Origin: Candidatus Omnitrophota bacterium
GTDB taxonomy: Bacteria > Omnitrophota > Gorgyraeia > Zapsychrales > Zapsychraceae
Length of the DNA: 64,000 nucleotides
NCBI GenBank assembly: GCA_021108075.1
Contig: JAIORP010000100.1
Coordinates: 7,783 to 71,782, forward strand
Direction: 5' to 3'
The position numbers and the translations under genes were made by a program. Under the pieces are notes generated by a model. That model had not been told where the DNA came from. It saw only the letters and a list, made by a program, of their open reading frames with translations, and did not search any database. Shown here in pieces: positions 1 to 9,902 of the stretch. Position 1 is the first letter of the stretch; each line of letters begins with the position of its first letter.

Positions 1-72
1 TTCGGGCTCTATCTCTCCGGGTTAAATCAGAAAAATGTTTTTTATGCGCCTGCAGGTAATCAAGGAGTCAAG

Positions 73-1608
73 ATGAAGGTTTTACCGGTAAGATTAACAA
101 ACAGTTATTTTTTCATGCTTGTCCTTCTATCTCTATTTTCCTCTGGATGTTTGACTTTAGACCGGATGACAATGATATATGAAATAAAGGAAGACCTGTC
201 CGGTTATGTTGATGTTTACGCGAGTCGGGTGCGGTCGGAAGAGAGTGATCCTTTAGAGCAACAAAGCGAAATGGCCGAATTGTATGCCGGGTTTGATGAC
301 CGGGACGGGGTGTCGGGCTTTGAAAAAGAAATGCGGCAAAATATGCCGGGATATCGTGATTGGAAGCTGGATGTCCTTAATAAGACAGTTTGTTCCTGTG
401 ATATTCATGTCCGGGGCTATTTTGATAGTTTTATTGATTTGCACATTTTTGATAGCACCACTTTACAGTATCAGGTGGAAGGAGAAAAAGTTATTGTTCG
501 TTTAAAAATCGATGATTTGAAGGATGGCGATTTGCCCGTTTTTTTTAAACTACTGTATCATGGTCCGGTTCTCGAACACAATGCGATGCAGGTTGAACCA
601 GTTACGAATACGTTAGTCTGGGATTTATCGAAATTTAATGATGATCTTTATTTTGTCTTGTCGTCGGAACAGATGAACATGTCTACACTGCAGGATCCGC
701 AAGAAGGTGTCCTAAGTTTTTTTGAAAGAAAATACGGCGATCAACTGTATGCCTGCGAAAGGGATCAGGATTGTGCCGGGGGCAAAACAAATTGTTGTTA
801 TGGGGTTAAGGGTATTTCAAAGCAATTTCAGCAAGAGTGGCAAACGTATTTGGACCGGCAATGTGGCGATATCGATTGTCCTCAAGAGGGCGATCCCCGG
901 GGCTCTCTACTTGTTTGTCAGCAACAAAAATGTTTGATGAAACCCCGGAATTATTCCCTGGCGACCTTTTCGGATTGTCTGCAAATGTTAAATCCCCAGG
1001 AGAAGGGACGGTGTTATTTGGATGTGGCCAGTCGACAAAAGGATATGAGCGGATGCTTTTATATTGATCAGAAGGATTTGCAGTTGAGCTGTTTACAGCT
1101 TTTAATACCACAAGTTCCGATTAAAGATGAGACCATTTGCCTGGAACAGGCCATTGCCTCCGATTATGGACTCAGTGCATTGTGTTGGCAGCGATTAGCG
1201 CAAGATGTCACATCTCCCTATTATTGTGGACACATTCAGGATCCGGTGACTTTAAGTGAGATTCAGAAACAAAGCCGTTGTTACCGGGAGACGATTCCTT
1301 TGGTTCAGAGTGTCAGCGACTGCGAGCCATTTGATCCCAACCGGATGCAAGATCCTAACATCGGGTATCTTTTTGGGACCTGCATTCAGCAAATAGCCTT
1401 AAAGCAGGGCCGTCCAGACGTTTGTCAGCGCATTCCGGAAGGGACTGAGTACTATTCGTATTGGTTTAATTGTATCACTGGAGTAGCTGAACAAGCCCAA
1501 AATGATCAATTTTGCCGGAGTTTGAACACGCGCCAGGCCCCCGCGGGTTATTCTGACGCATTCACTGAAGCGGGTTGCCGCAAAAAAGTACAAAAAGGAC
1601 ATTTTTAA
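73..1608 (+). CDS. Putative lipoprotein with Cys-rich C-terminal repeats
   Basis: AAGGAG RBS upstream; hydrophobic stretch ending in lipobox-like FSSG-C; 22 Cys in the C-terminal ~290 aa, arranged as an 8-Cys module followed by paired-Cys repeats. Confidence 0.75.
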   Translation: MKVLPVRLTNSYFFMLVLLSLFSSGCLTLDRMTMIYEIKEDLSGYVDVYASRVRSEESDPLEQQSEMAELYAGFDDRDGVSGFEKEMRQNMPGYRDWKLDVLNKTVCSCDIHVRGYFDSFIDLHIFDSTTLQYQVEGEKVIVRLKIDDLKDGDLPVFFKLLYHGPVLEHNAMQVEPVTNTLVWDLSKFNDDLYFVLSSEQMNMSTLQDPQEGVLSFFERKYGDQLYACERDQDCAGGKTNCCYGVKGISKQFQQEWQTYLDRQCGDIDCPQEGDPRGSLLVCQQQKCLMKPRNYSLATFSDCLQMLNPQEKGRCYLDVASRQKDMSGCFYIDQKDLQLSCLQLLIPQVPIKDETICLEQAIASDYGLSALCWQRLAQDVTSPYYCGHIQDPVTLSEIQKQSRCYRETIPLVQSVSDCEPFDPNRMQDPNIGYLFGTCIQQIALKQGRPDVCQRIPEGTEYYSYWFNCITGVAEQAQNDQFCRSLNTRQAPAGYSDAFTEAGCRKKVQKGHF

Positions 1609-1644
1609 GTGGAAAAGGAAGGGAAAAAACTTATTAAGGTTTAC

Positions 1645-1673
1645 TTGTCAAATTTTCCATTCCCGTGTAAAAT
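1645..1673 (+). promoter_or_regulatory. Putative sigma70 promoter
   Basis: TTGTCA-17 nt-TAAAAT upstream of ORF 1721. Confidence 0.45.
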
Positions 1674-1720
1674 ACCTATCAATAAGTGACCATTTTAGAT
1701 ATATGTGCTAGAGGTATAAT

Positions 1721-2191
1721 ATGTTAAAAAAAAAGTTGATTCTGCTGGCTTGTTTTTTCTTTGCTTTTGGTTCTTTGTCCCATAGTTCTGCCGATGAATC
1801 CCTGCCACGATTTCCTCAACGTGGCCAGGTCGAAAACTTTTTTTTTGATCATATTCGTTTTATACTTAAATATAGCGATGCTTTAAGCTTAACAGATAAG
1901 CAACTCCAACGTTTTCAGGAGCTTAACCTGCAAGCCCAAAAAGAAGCGATCTTGAAAGATGCTGAAATTCAAACGATTGCGATGGATCTAGAGAACGAAG
2001 TGAAGAAAGATTTGATTTATTCGAATCATTTGATGCATTTTATAGATAAAAAATATGAGGCTTTAAAAATAAAAGAAAAATTTTTTGCGGATGGATTTAT
2101 GATTATAAGAGAAATACTAGACGATCAGCAATATTCAGAAATGATTTCTCTATTTACTAATCAAAAGAAGAATATTGAAAATAATAATTAA
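1721..2191 (+). CDS. Exported Spy/CpxP-like helical protein
   Basis: Signal peptide; LSLTDKQ and ILDDQQ resemble the LTxxQ motifs of the Spy/CpxP family. Confidence 0.55.
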   Translation: MLKKKLILLACFFFAFGSLSHSSADESLPRFPQRGQVENFFFDHIRFILKYSDALSLTDKQLQRFQELNLQAQKEAILKDAEIQTIAMDLENEVKKDLIYSNHLMHFIDKKYEALKIKEKFFADGFMIIREILDDQQYSEMISLFTNQKKNIENNN

Positions 2192-2212
2192 CTAATTCAG
2201 GGGAAGGTTATC

Positions 2213-3598
2213 ATGGGTGATAGATTTTTATTTATTATGTTGATTTTTTTCGTTATCACGGCTGCGTTTGTTTATGATCGATACATGATTGAATCAAAGG
2301 GTGTTAGTCCGATCAGTCAATTTATTGATTTTGCCGGTTTAACAAAGATAAACAATTGGGATGGTGATGTCTCAGATGTTGTTCAAATGCGTCGCAAATA
2401 CAAGATTAATGTGGAGGATTCGTTTTTTAAAATTGAGTCGAAACATACTGACATGGTGAATCAGAAGGATGAGCTGATAGAAACCCGCAGGCAAATTTTG
2501 CAACAATTAACGAATATCAATGAGGACCTGAAAGAGTTTGCGTTGCCCTATCTTCGCATACTCGAAAATGAGAAGAAAGAGGTTTTGAAGAATCTTCCCC
2601 AGAGCAGTGATTTCGGGCAGTTTCTTGTGGACCTTCATAAACTCGGTACGAAGGATGAACGGTTAGATATATATCAACAGGAGAAGATAAGACTGTTGAA
2701 TCGATATCACGAATTGTTCGAGGAAGAGAATCCTGAATTAGAAAAGTTAAAAATTTTGTTCAAAAAAGTTGAGGGCATTGCCATTGCCCACGAACCGCCG
2801 GAACCTTACGGCTGTCGTGCCGTTGACCAATGTTTGCGCAAGAATGCCATTTCCATTGAAAAAGAGTTGAGTTTATTGTTCCGCCGTTACCTTATGCGTC
2901 CAAAGAAAAACATGAAAGACCTGATCGACAAGGTGCGTGTCCTGAATTATGAGAACACTTTGTTACTGAGCAATTTTAAGGCAACGGAGGATAAGATGGA
3001 CACAAATTATTACCGTATTGAGAACCGTTTTGAAGAGATTATTGCGAAAATTTCCAACCTGTCAGAACAAGAGGTCATTGACCTGGTCGCTTACTACGAT
3101 TCTCTGGATCAGGAACAAAGTTATCTTGTTCGAAATTTGTTGGCAAATTTGAAAAGAATGCAAACAACATATCCACGAACGTACAAAGACATGAAACATC
3201 TTTTAGATCTTTGCGAGTATTATTCAAATGAAGACTTAAATGATTTTATTAGTGAATTTAACCAAATAAAGAATCAAACAAAGGAGTTGGTCAAGAAATT
3301 AAAAGCCAATGAAGATCAGATGTTGTTTTTAATAGATGAGCAGAAGTATGATTATGAGAATTTATTAGATAAGATTATCAAGCAGGTCGGTGTTTACGAA
3401 GTCAGTGACCAACAAAAACAGATAGCTAAGAAGCGTTCAGCAATTATTCGCAAGGATGCCGTTGGATCAACTTCACAGAATGCTCGGGTCCTTGCAAAAG
3501 ATGTTTCCGGCGCGATACAAAGACAAAGGGATCGGCAAAGAGATTTGAATAGGGATTTTCAGCGTTTACGTGAACGCGTTCGCGAACAGGGATATTGA
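2213..3598 (+). CDS. Membrane-anchored coiled-coil hypothetical protein
   Basis: N-terminal TM helix followed by a long E/K/Q/L-rich helical region. Confidence 0.7.
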   Translation: MGDRFLFIMLIFFVITAAFVYDRYMIESKGVSPISQFIDFAGLTKINNWDGDVSDVVQMRRKYKINVEDSFFKIESKHTDMVNQKDELIETRRQILQQLTNINEDLKEFALPYLRILENEKKEVLKNLPQSSDFGQFLVDLHKLGTKDERLDIYQQEKIRLLNRYHELFEEENPELEKLKILFKKVEGIAIAHEPPEPYGCRAVDQCLRKNAISIEKELSLLFRRYLMRPKKNMKDLIDKVRVLNYENTLLLSNFKATEDKMDTNYYRIENRFEEIIAKISNLSEQEVIDLVAYYDSLDQEQSYLVRNLLANLKRMQTTYPRTYKDMKHLLDLCEYYSNEDLNDFISEFNQIKNQTKELVKKLKANEDQMLFLIDEQKYDYENLLDKIIKQVGVYEVSDQQKQIAKKRSAIIRKDAVGSTSQNARVLAKDVSGAIQRQRDRQRDLNRDFQRLRERVREQGY

Positions 3599-3621
3599 TT
3601 TTTTTTAATCCCGGCGGGAAT

Positions 3622-3754
3622 TCCCCGCCTTTATTTAAGGCGGGGATGAGAGCAATTTCCTGAATTGCGGTTGCATTTGAGCCTAATTGGAGAGAAGATT
3701 CAGGACAAGCGAAGCTTGAATTTTAAATCAAGTACCACGGGTGTGAACCCGTGG
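3622..3754. repeat. Palindromes resembling IS200/IS605-family subterminal hairpins or REP-like elements
   Basis: TCCCCGCCTT-tattt-AAGGCGGGGA (3622-3646) and CCACGGG-tgtgaa-CCCGTGG (3735-3754). Confidence 0.55.
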
Positions 3755-3766
3755 ATATCTATTGGA

Positions 3767-3886
3767 GTGAATTCCTCTGAGCTCTGCTTTGAGGTTGCCG
3801 CCTGAGGAAGAGTTTGAGAAACCTTTGGTTTCTCAAATACAGTGTTCCTCTTAGATTCCTCGTAGCTCTGCTGCGAGGAGATTCAC
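3767..3886. mobile_element. Putative non-autonomous palindrome-associated element (PATE-like)
   Basis: GTGAA...TTCAC ends; two copies of a TTCCTCnnAGCTCTGCTnnGAGG hairpin flank a perfect TTTGAGAAACC-ttt-GGTTTCTCAAA hairpin; no transposase. Confidence 0.5.
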
Positions 3887-3925
3887 TATAAATTTACTGA
3901 CAACTTAACACAAGGTGATAACTAT

Positions 3926-4624
3926 ATGGATTGGGTATCTGTCTTATTGGGTGTCATAGTCGTTCTTGTTTATCTTGCAATTTTTTCTTTGTTACGAACA
4001 ATGTATTCTCCTTTTGTCAAACGTTTTGAATCAATTCTTAAAACAAACATGGAACCCTTACCCGGATATGATAAAGCCTTTAGTATGAAGTTTACTTTTG
4101 AAGACAAAGATTTCGAACTGAGGCAGTATAATGTCAAGTTTAACAAAGCCTATAACGAGCGGGAATATAAGGACATTATGGCCTTAAGTGTTAAAACAAA
4201 TGATTCATTGTTCATTCGATTTAGATATTTTTATGAAGATCAACGGGTTAAGGTTTTTTATAAGGATTTTTTAAAACAACCGAAAGACGAGGCCTTGGCT
4301 GAACTGAGTTGGCGCGACCTGAGGAACGGAATAGAGAAATTTTATTTGCATACGAATGACCGCGTGAGAACAATTGAGCTGATGAACAATGATGAAATTA
4401 ATAGCATTATTTCCTGTTACACCGGAAAAGAGCCTCCTTGCGCAATCCCTTTTGCTTTTGACGAGGGGAAGATTACGTTATTTTACAATTTGTCTCCTGT
4501 CCTATGGCAAGAAATTGTCGGCAATCCCAGGACCATAAGAAAACACATTCGCTATTTAAGCATTATGGCGGAAGACTTGAAAAGGGTTCCACAGTCTGAA
4601 CCGGAAGAAACTGTTACAAGTTAA
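3926..4624 (+). CDS. Hypothetical membrane-anchored protein
   Basis: AAGGTG RBS; N-terminal TM helix; 232-aa ORF. Confidence 0.7.
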   Translation: MDWVSVLLGVIVVLVYLAIFSLLRTMYSPFVKRFESILKTNMEPLPGYDKAFSMKFTFEDKDFELRQYNVKFNKAYNEREYKDIMALSVKTNDSLFIRFRYFYEDQRVKVFYKDFLKQPKDEALAELSWRDLRNGIEKFYLHTNDRVRTIELMNNDEINSIISCYTGKEPPCAIPFAFDEGKITLFYNLSPVLWQEIVGNPRTIRKHIRYLSIMAEDLKRVPQSEPEETVTS

Positions 4625-4698
4625 AACTTGATGTCTCTTTATTATCAATGATATTGATGGACAGATAGCTGGGGATACAAATCTTCACTGAACAAATT

Positions 4699-6369
4699 AT
4701 GTCAAATAATGATCTTTCTTCTAAAGAAGTGAAATTTCCTCATCTTTTCCATGCTGGTTTTTCTTTAAATGCTGTTTCATTCCTGCTTATTGTCGTCGGC
4801 GTTGTCTTTAGGTTGAAACATTATTTTGAAAATCGTTCATTTTGGTTAGACGAAGCCTATGTTTCTGTTCAGACCGCTAACAGGACCTGGCATCAGATAT
4901 TAAGTTTTATTCCCATTTTCTCAGATCAACCGAAAGCCCCTTTATTGGTCTATTGTTTTGGAAAAGCAGCGATCGGATTCTTGGGGAACAATGAATATGC
5001 GTTGCGTTTGCTTCCGTTGTCCGCAAGTCTAATCTCTTTGATCATATTTTATCTGTTATTAAAGAAATACGTCTCTGCGCGTGCGCAAATAGTCGCTTTG
5101 GGTTTATTTGCTTTCGCCGATTCATTAATATATTATGCTGCGGAATTGAAACCATATTCTTCAGACGTCTTTGTTTTTTTGCTTCTCGGGTTTGTTTACC
5201 ATCTCCTGGACAGATACCGGTATTCATTTCTTCCCATCGTTTTTCTTTTGTTTGTCGGAGTTTTTTCAATGTGGCTTTCAAACCCGACTCTTTTTATTTT
5301 GCCGGGACTGGGCGTAAGCGCGTATTACATGAATTGGAAAGAAAAGAAGCATACGAATTTATTTTTTCTGCGGCTGATTTTTATCTTCTGGGCCCTTAAT
5401 TTTATTGCCATTTATAAACTCAGTTACGGCGATATGCTGAAGAGTAATTATATTGTCGATTTGGCGAGGGCGCGCGGGGGGTTTCCGATGAGCTACACTT
5501 TTATCGATATTATTTTGTGGCTGAAGCATGTTTTTGTTGATACGTTTTATCATCTGGCGGGCTTACGTGTTCCTGTCGTCGGGCTGCTTTTGGCTCTTGT
5601 CGGCGGATATTCATTATTTAAACGTAACACGTGCTTTTTCTTTTTTATTTTTAGTCCGTTTTGTTTGTGTTTTTTTGCGGCGTTCATCAGTAAATATCCG
5701 TTTTATGACAGGATGGTCCTGTTTTTATCCCCACTAATTTTTTTATTGCTCGCGGAAGGCTTTGACTGGTTATTAAATCATTGTCCGAGGGCGCAGAGAA
5801 TCGTTGCCTGCCTTGTCTTGTTTTTACTTTTCGCCTTTCCGGTTAAAACTTCTGTCGCTTATTTGTTTAAAAGAAGGCTTGTTCAGGACACCCGCCAGGC
5901 ACTTGAATTTATAAAAGAGCATATTGAGCCGGACGACTACATTGTGGTCAATCAATCCGGCCAATACCATTTGATGTATTACCTGAACAGTATCGGATTG
6001 ACGCGCAAGATGACACATTATGAAGTCGAAGGGGTCGACGATAAAAATCATTATTACCTTAAGATTGTCCGCACGAATGATGGTTTAGATGTGCGCGAAG
6101 AGGGGGCTTTTATGTTTGCCCGCAATGAAATATATCAAATGTCAAACGACCATTTTTACAAAACAACGATAATAAAAAAAGACAAAAGCGATATTCTTGT
6201 TATTACGGACATATCCGTCTCGAACATAACATCAAGGCGGTTTTGGATTTTTTATTCAAACGCACAGGATGATGCGAAGCAATATGTGCTTGATTTGTTT
6301 GATAAATATGGAACTCGAAAATATGCGAAAGAATTTTATGGTGCCTCAGTGCATCTTTATGAATTTTGA
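4699..6369 (+). CDS. GT-C fold membrane glycosyltransferase (PMT/ArnT-like, GT39/GT83)
   Basis: RSFWLDEA motif after TM1; EYALRLLP; YYAAELKPYS; many TM helices; soluble C-terminal domain. Confidence 0.8.
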   Translation: MSNNDLSSKEVKFPHLFHAGFSLNAVSFLLIVVGVVFRLKHYFENRSFWLDEAYVSVQTANRTWHQILSFIPIFSDQPKAPLLVYCFGKAAIGFLGNNEYALRLLPLSASLISLIIFYLLLKKYVSARAQIVALGLFAFADSLIYYAAELKPYSSDVFVFLLLGFVYHLLDRYRYSFLPIVFLLFVGVFSMWLSNPTLFILPGLGVSAYYMNWKEKKHTNLFFLRLIFIFWALNFIAIYKLSYGDMLKSNYIVDLARARGGFPMSYTFIDIILWLKHVFVDTFYHLAGLRVPVVGLLLALVGGYSLFKRNTCFFFFIFSPFCLCFFAAFISKYPFYDRMVLFLSPLIFLLLAEGFDWLLNHCPRAQRIVACLVLFLLFAFPVKTSVAYLFKRRLVQDTRQALEFIKEHIEPDDYIVVNQSGQYHLMYYLNSIGLTRKMTHYEVEGVDDKNHYYLKIVRTNDGLDVREEGAFMFARNEIYQMSNDHFYKTTIIKKDKSDILVITDISVSNITSRRFWIFYSNAQDDAKQYVLDLFDKYGTRKYAKEFYGASVHLYEF

Positions 6370-6399
6370 AAACGTAATTTAATTAATAAGGAGAGAGAT

Positions 6400-7737
6400 A
6401 TGGACTCGAAAATGCCGACACTTGGCGAATTATTAGAATTATCTGTGGATAATTTAGGAGTCTGTGAAATAGATTCGCCATTGAACAAAGAGCCGTCTTT
6501 ATATAGGGAAGATGATATGAAAGTTATGGTTTACAGCCATTCTCAATATTTTGAGCAATGTATTAAGGAAAATAGGCCTTTGCCCATGTTTGAAGCCGCT
6601 GGTCCGCGTAAGAAGATATTTTTTGATCCTAAAAAGTTGAACTGCGGTATTGTGACGTGTGGCGGTTTATGTCCTGGATTAAACGATGTTATCCGGACGG
6701 TCGCGCTCACATTGTTATGGCAATATGGTGTTCAGACAGTATATGGCTTTCGTTATGGCTATCAAGGTTTGTCGATGAATGCCGTCCAGCCCCCCATGAT
6801 TTTAACCCCGGAGATTTTGGATGGCATTCAGCATGATGGCGGCACAATTCTGGGAAGTTCACGCGGACAGCAAGATCCGTCAGAGATGATAAATACTTTG
6901 TTGAAGTATCAGATTGGGGTGCTGTTTGTCATCGGAGGAGATGGGACATTTTCAGGCGGACATCATCTTGTGCAAGAGATACAAAGACGCGAAGTCCCCA
7001 TAAGTGTCATTGGTATACCAAAAACGATTGACAACGATATCTATGGTTCTGAAAAAACGTTTGGGTTTAGCACGGCCGTCGGTGAGGCTCGTCGGTCCAT
7101 TTACATCGCCCATGAAGAGGCAAAAGCAGCTTGGAACGGGATTGGGCTGGTGAAACTCATGGGAAGGGATTCAGGTTTTATCGCGGCTTATGCGTCATTA
7201 GCGAATAGTGATGTCAATTTTTGTTTTATCCCTGAAGTTCCTATTTGTTTGGACGGAGAGAATGGCTTCCTGAAGGAATTACAGGAACGGATTCTCTCCA
7301 GACGTCACGCGGTGATTGTCGTTGCTGAGGGTGTCGGTCGTCATATCATTGATGATCCATCGATGATCCAGAAAGATGCGTCAGGGAATGTTCGCTACAA
7401 AGATATTGGTATGTTTTTAAAAGATCGTATTAAATGTTGCTTTGATCAGATTGACGAGAATGTTACTATAAAATATATTGATCCGAGCTACACGATCCGA
7501 AGTTGTCCTGCTAACGCGGAAGATTCCGCGTTTTGTCTGATGCTGGGGCAGAATGCTGTGCATGCTGCGATGGCAGGTAAAACAAACATGTTTGTCGGGT
7601 ATTGGAACCATCACTTCACACATGTCCCGCTTCCTTTAGCCGTTCACAAAAGAAAAGTTGTTGACCCTCAAGGCGAACTATGGCAAACCCTCGTGGAAAC
7701 AATTAAAATTCGCCGAAGCTTATCTGCTGAACGTTAA
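6400..7737 (+). CDS. pfkA: ATP-dependent 6-phosphofructokinase
   Basis: TCGGLCPGLN, GGTILGSSRG, IGGDGT (Gly at the ATP-type position), PKTIDNDI, LMGRDSG motifs. Confidence 0.92.
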   Translation: MDSKMPTLGELLELSVDNLGVCEIDSPLNKEPSLYREDDMKVMVYSHSQYFEQCIKENRPLPMFEAAGPRKKIFFDPKKLNCGIVTCGGLCPGLNDVIRTVALTLLWQYGVQTVYGFRYGYQGLSMNAVQPPMILTPEILDGIQHDGGTILGSSRGQQDPSEMINTLLKYQIGVLFVIGGDGTFSGGHHLVQEIQRREVPISVIGIPKTIDNDIYGSEKTFGFSTAVGEARRSIYIAHEEAKAAWNGIGLVKLMGRDSGFIAAYASLANSDVNFCFIPEVPICLDGENGFLKELQERILSRRHAVIVVAEGVGRHIIDDPSMIQKDASGNVRYKDIGMFLKDRIKCCFDQIDENVTIKYIDPSYTIRSCPANAEDSAFCLMLGQNAVHAAMAGKTNMFVGYWNHHFTHVPLPLAVHKRKVVDPQGELWQTLVETIKIRRSLSAER

Positions 7738-7756
7738 GGATTTGAAAGGAACAACA

Positions 7757-9031
7757 ATGTCTTTTGTCAGACATTATGATGTCATAGTTGTTGGCGGTGG
7801 TCCAGCCGGTATGATGGCCGCAATAAGTGCCGGCAAAATGAAGAAAAAAGTTCTTTTATTAGAAAAGAACAAGAGCCTTGGGATAAAATTGCTTTTAACG
7901 GGTAAAGGCCGTTGCAATATCAGTAATGCTTGCGATTTGGAAGTGTTCTTATCAAAATTTTCGAAGAACGGGTCCTTTCTTAGAGACGCATTTAAAGCCT
8001 TTTTTTTGCCAGAACTGAAGTTATTTTTTGGGAAGAACGGGTTGGCCTTAAAGGAAGAAAGACAGGCGAGGATTTTTCCTGTAACCGATTCAGCCCGAAG
8101 CGTTTTACATGTTTTAGAAAAAGAGTTGAAAAAAGGGGCGGTGCATGTTTCTTTCGGGAAACGCCTAAAAAGGTTGACGGTTAAAGAGAACCGTGTCCAT
8201 AACTTGATTTTGCATGATCAATCGACTTTCTCGGCCCAGGCATATATTTTGGCTACAGGGGGGGCAAGTTATCCGGCGACTGGTTCTGATGGAAGTGTTT
8301 TGAATGCCGTTAAGGAATATGGCCACACGATTGTTCCTTTGCGACCGGGATTGGTTGCGTTGAAAACGAGGGAAACGATTCCAGCCCGGTTAGAAGGGTT
8401 GACGTTAAAAAATATTCAGATTAAGTTCATGAGAAAGAAAAGAGTTTATCGTTCTGCTGTGGGGGAGTTGATATTTACGGATGACGGAATTTCGGGCCCT
8501 TTGATTATATCGTGGAGTCGAGTGCTCGCTGATTGGTTTGACGTTATGGGCGACGTTCCGATTGAAATTGATTTGAAACCGGGTTTGTCGGAGCAGCAGT
8601 TAGAACAGCGTCTGTTAAATGTTTTTCATGAATATCCAAAAAAGCAAATCAAAAGCTCATTAGCCACATTTCTTCCGAAGCGTTTTATTCTGCCATTTTT
8701 AGAAGCAATAAAAGTTGATCCACAGAAACAGGTTAATCAAATCACGCAGCTTCAACGGAGTGAAATCATCCGTTCTCTTAAAGGGTTTTCGTTGCGCCTG
8801 ACCGGTCCACGCTCAATGTCTTCGGCTATGATAACAATCGGGGGAGTGTCCTTGAAGCAGATTAATCCCCGCACGATGTCGTCAAAACTCATTAAGAATT
8901 TGTATTTCGCAGGAGAAATGCTGGATCTCGATGGTGATACCGGTGGATATAATCTGCAGGCGGCTTTTTCTACGGGCTTTCTTGCGGGTCGAAATGCAGT
9001 CCAACTGTGTGATAGTCAAATTTCTCATTGA
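7757..9031 (+). CDS. HI0933/YhiN family flavoprotein
   Basis: GGGPAG FAD motif, TGKGRCN, ATGGASYP, GGYNLQAAFSTG; start placed at ATG 7757 after AAAGGA. Confidence 0.9.
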   Translation: MSFVRHYDVIVVGGGPAGMMAAISAGKMKKKVLLLEKNKSLGIKLLLTGKGRCNISNACDLEVFLSKFSKNGSFLRDAFKAFFLPELKLFFGKNGLALKEERQARIFPVTDSARSVLHVLEKELKKGAVHVSFGKRLKRLTVKENRVHNLILHDQSTFSAQAYILATGGASYPATGSDGSVLNAVKEYGHTIVPLRPGLVALKTRETIPARLEGLTLKNIQIKFMRKKRVYRSAVGELIFTDDGISGPLIISWSRVLADWFDVMGDVPIEIDLKPGLSEQQLEQRLLNVFHEYPKKQIKSSLATFLPKRFILPFLEAIKVDPQKQVNQITQLQRSEIIRSLKGFSLRLTGPRSMSSAMITIGGVSLKQINPRTMSSKLIKNLYFAGEMLDLDGDTGGYNLQAAFSTGFLAGRNAVQLCDSQISH

Positions 9032-9058
9032 CAAAACAACCGTTTAAAGAGATGATAA

Positions 9059-9160
9059 TACCAATTCCATCAAATAATGACCAAAACCAATTCTGCTTTT
9101 CTCGACGATTTAGCGAGAATATCAGAATTAAGATAGAACAATTTATTAATGGATTTGGTA
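9059..9160 (+). mobile_element. MITE family A, copy 1 (102 bp, flanking TAA duplication)
   Basis: Imperfect TIRs TACCAATTCCAT.../...ATGGATTTGGTA; TAA on both sides; near-identical to three other copies in the window. Confidence 0.85.
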
Positions 9161-9196
9161 TAAGTATTATTTTTATACAATTAACTACCTGAACAT

Positions 9197-9673
9197 ATGG
9201 ACGATAAAAGAATAAATAGCCGTTATCATGCGGCGTACCCATTGGATTTTTCGTACGACGTGAGAACAAAGATTAAGATCCAAATAAAGGAAGATCAGGG
9301 AGCTCTTCAGAAGAAGCATGCGGCTTTTTCTCAGAATATAAGTACAGATGGGCTGTGTTTCGTTTCTAAGTATAAACTTCACAAGGGCGATGCCTTGCAC
9401 CTGGAGTTGTTTTTGCCTGGAAGTGACAAGGCTATTGGGATGGAAGGCGAAGTCCGGTGGTCGAAGACGGTGCTTGATGATAAGATTCACAAGAGTAAAT
9501 ATAATACTGGCGTTAAACTGTTAAGTGTCGATGGTCAGTCTGTTCCTGACACAGTTTGTTTTGATTCCACCTATCATGTTGCCTGGAGTATTGTTCTAGA
9601 ACGTGTATTTAATACCTACAAATTTATTCTAAAAAAGAATAAAGACGATTGTACTCCTCTTGAAGATTTCTAA
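9197..9673 (+). CDS. PilZ domain protein
   Basis: KRINSRY and NISTDGLCF match the PilZ RxxxR and (D/N)xSxxG motifs; GEVRWS; TGVK. Confidence 0.8.
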   Translation: MDDKRINSRYHAAYPLDFSYDVRTKIKIQIKEDQGALQKKHAAFSQNISTDGLCFVSKYKLHKGDALHLELFLPGSDKAIGMEGEVRWSKTVLDDKIHKSKYNTGVKLLSVDGQSVPDTVCFDSTYHVAWSIVLERVFNTYKFILKKNKDDCTPLEDF

Positions 9674-9813
9674 AAAATTTTATCCGCTATTCAATTAAAT
9701 TGATGCCAGTGCCTTTTAAACGTATCGTTCGTCAAAGAAAATGTTTAAAATCAAAATATTGATATTACTGGATATGTGATCGTTTAGACATAAAAAAAAC
9801 ACTGCATTATTGC

Positions 9814-9842
9814 TTGACATGCGATAAACAGAATAATATTAT
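9814..9842 (+). promoter_or_regulatory. Putative sigma70 promoter of glgP
   Basis: TTGACA-17 nt-TATTAT. Confidence 0.55.
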
Positions 9843-9902
9843 TGTGTTGGTCTTGCAGTAAAAAATTTTTATTTTTATTGTACAATTTGATCAAGGAGTT
9901 TT

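Noticed and set aside
8970-9490. Minus-strand ORFs overlapping MITE copy 1 and the PilZ gene, and similar short antisense ORFs throughout the window
   Set aside because: They overlap well-supported + strand genes and have no recognisable motifs
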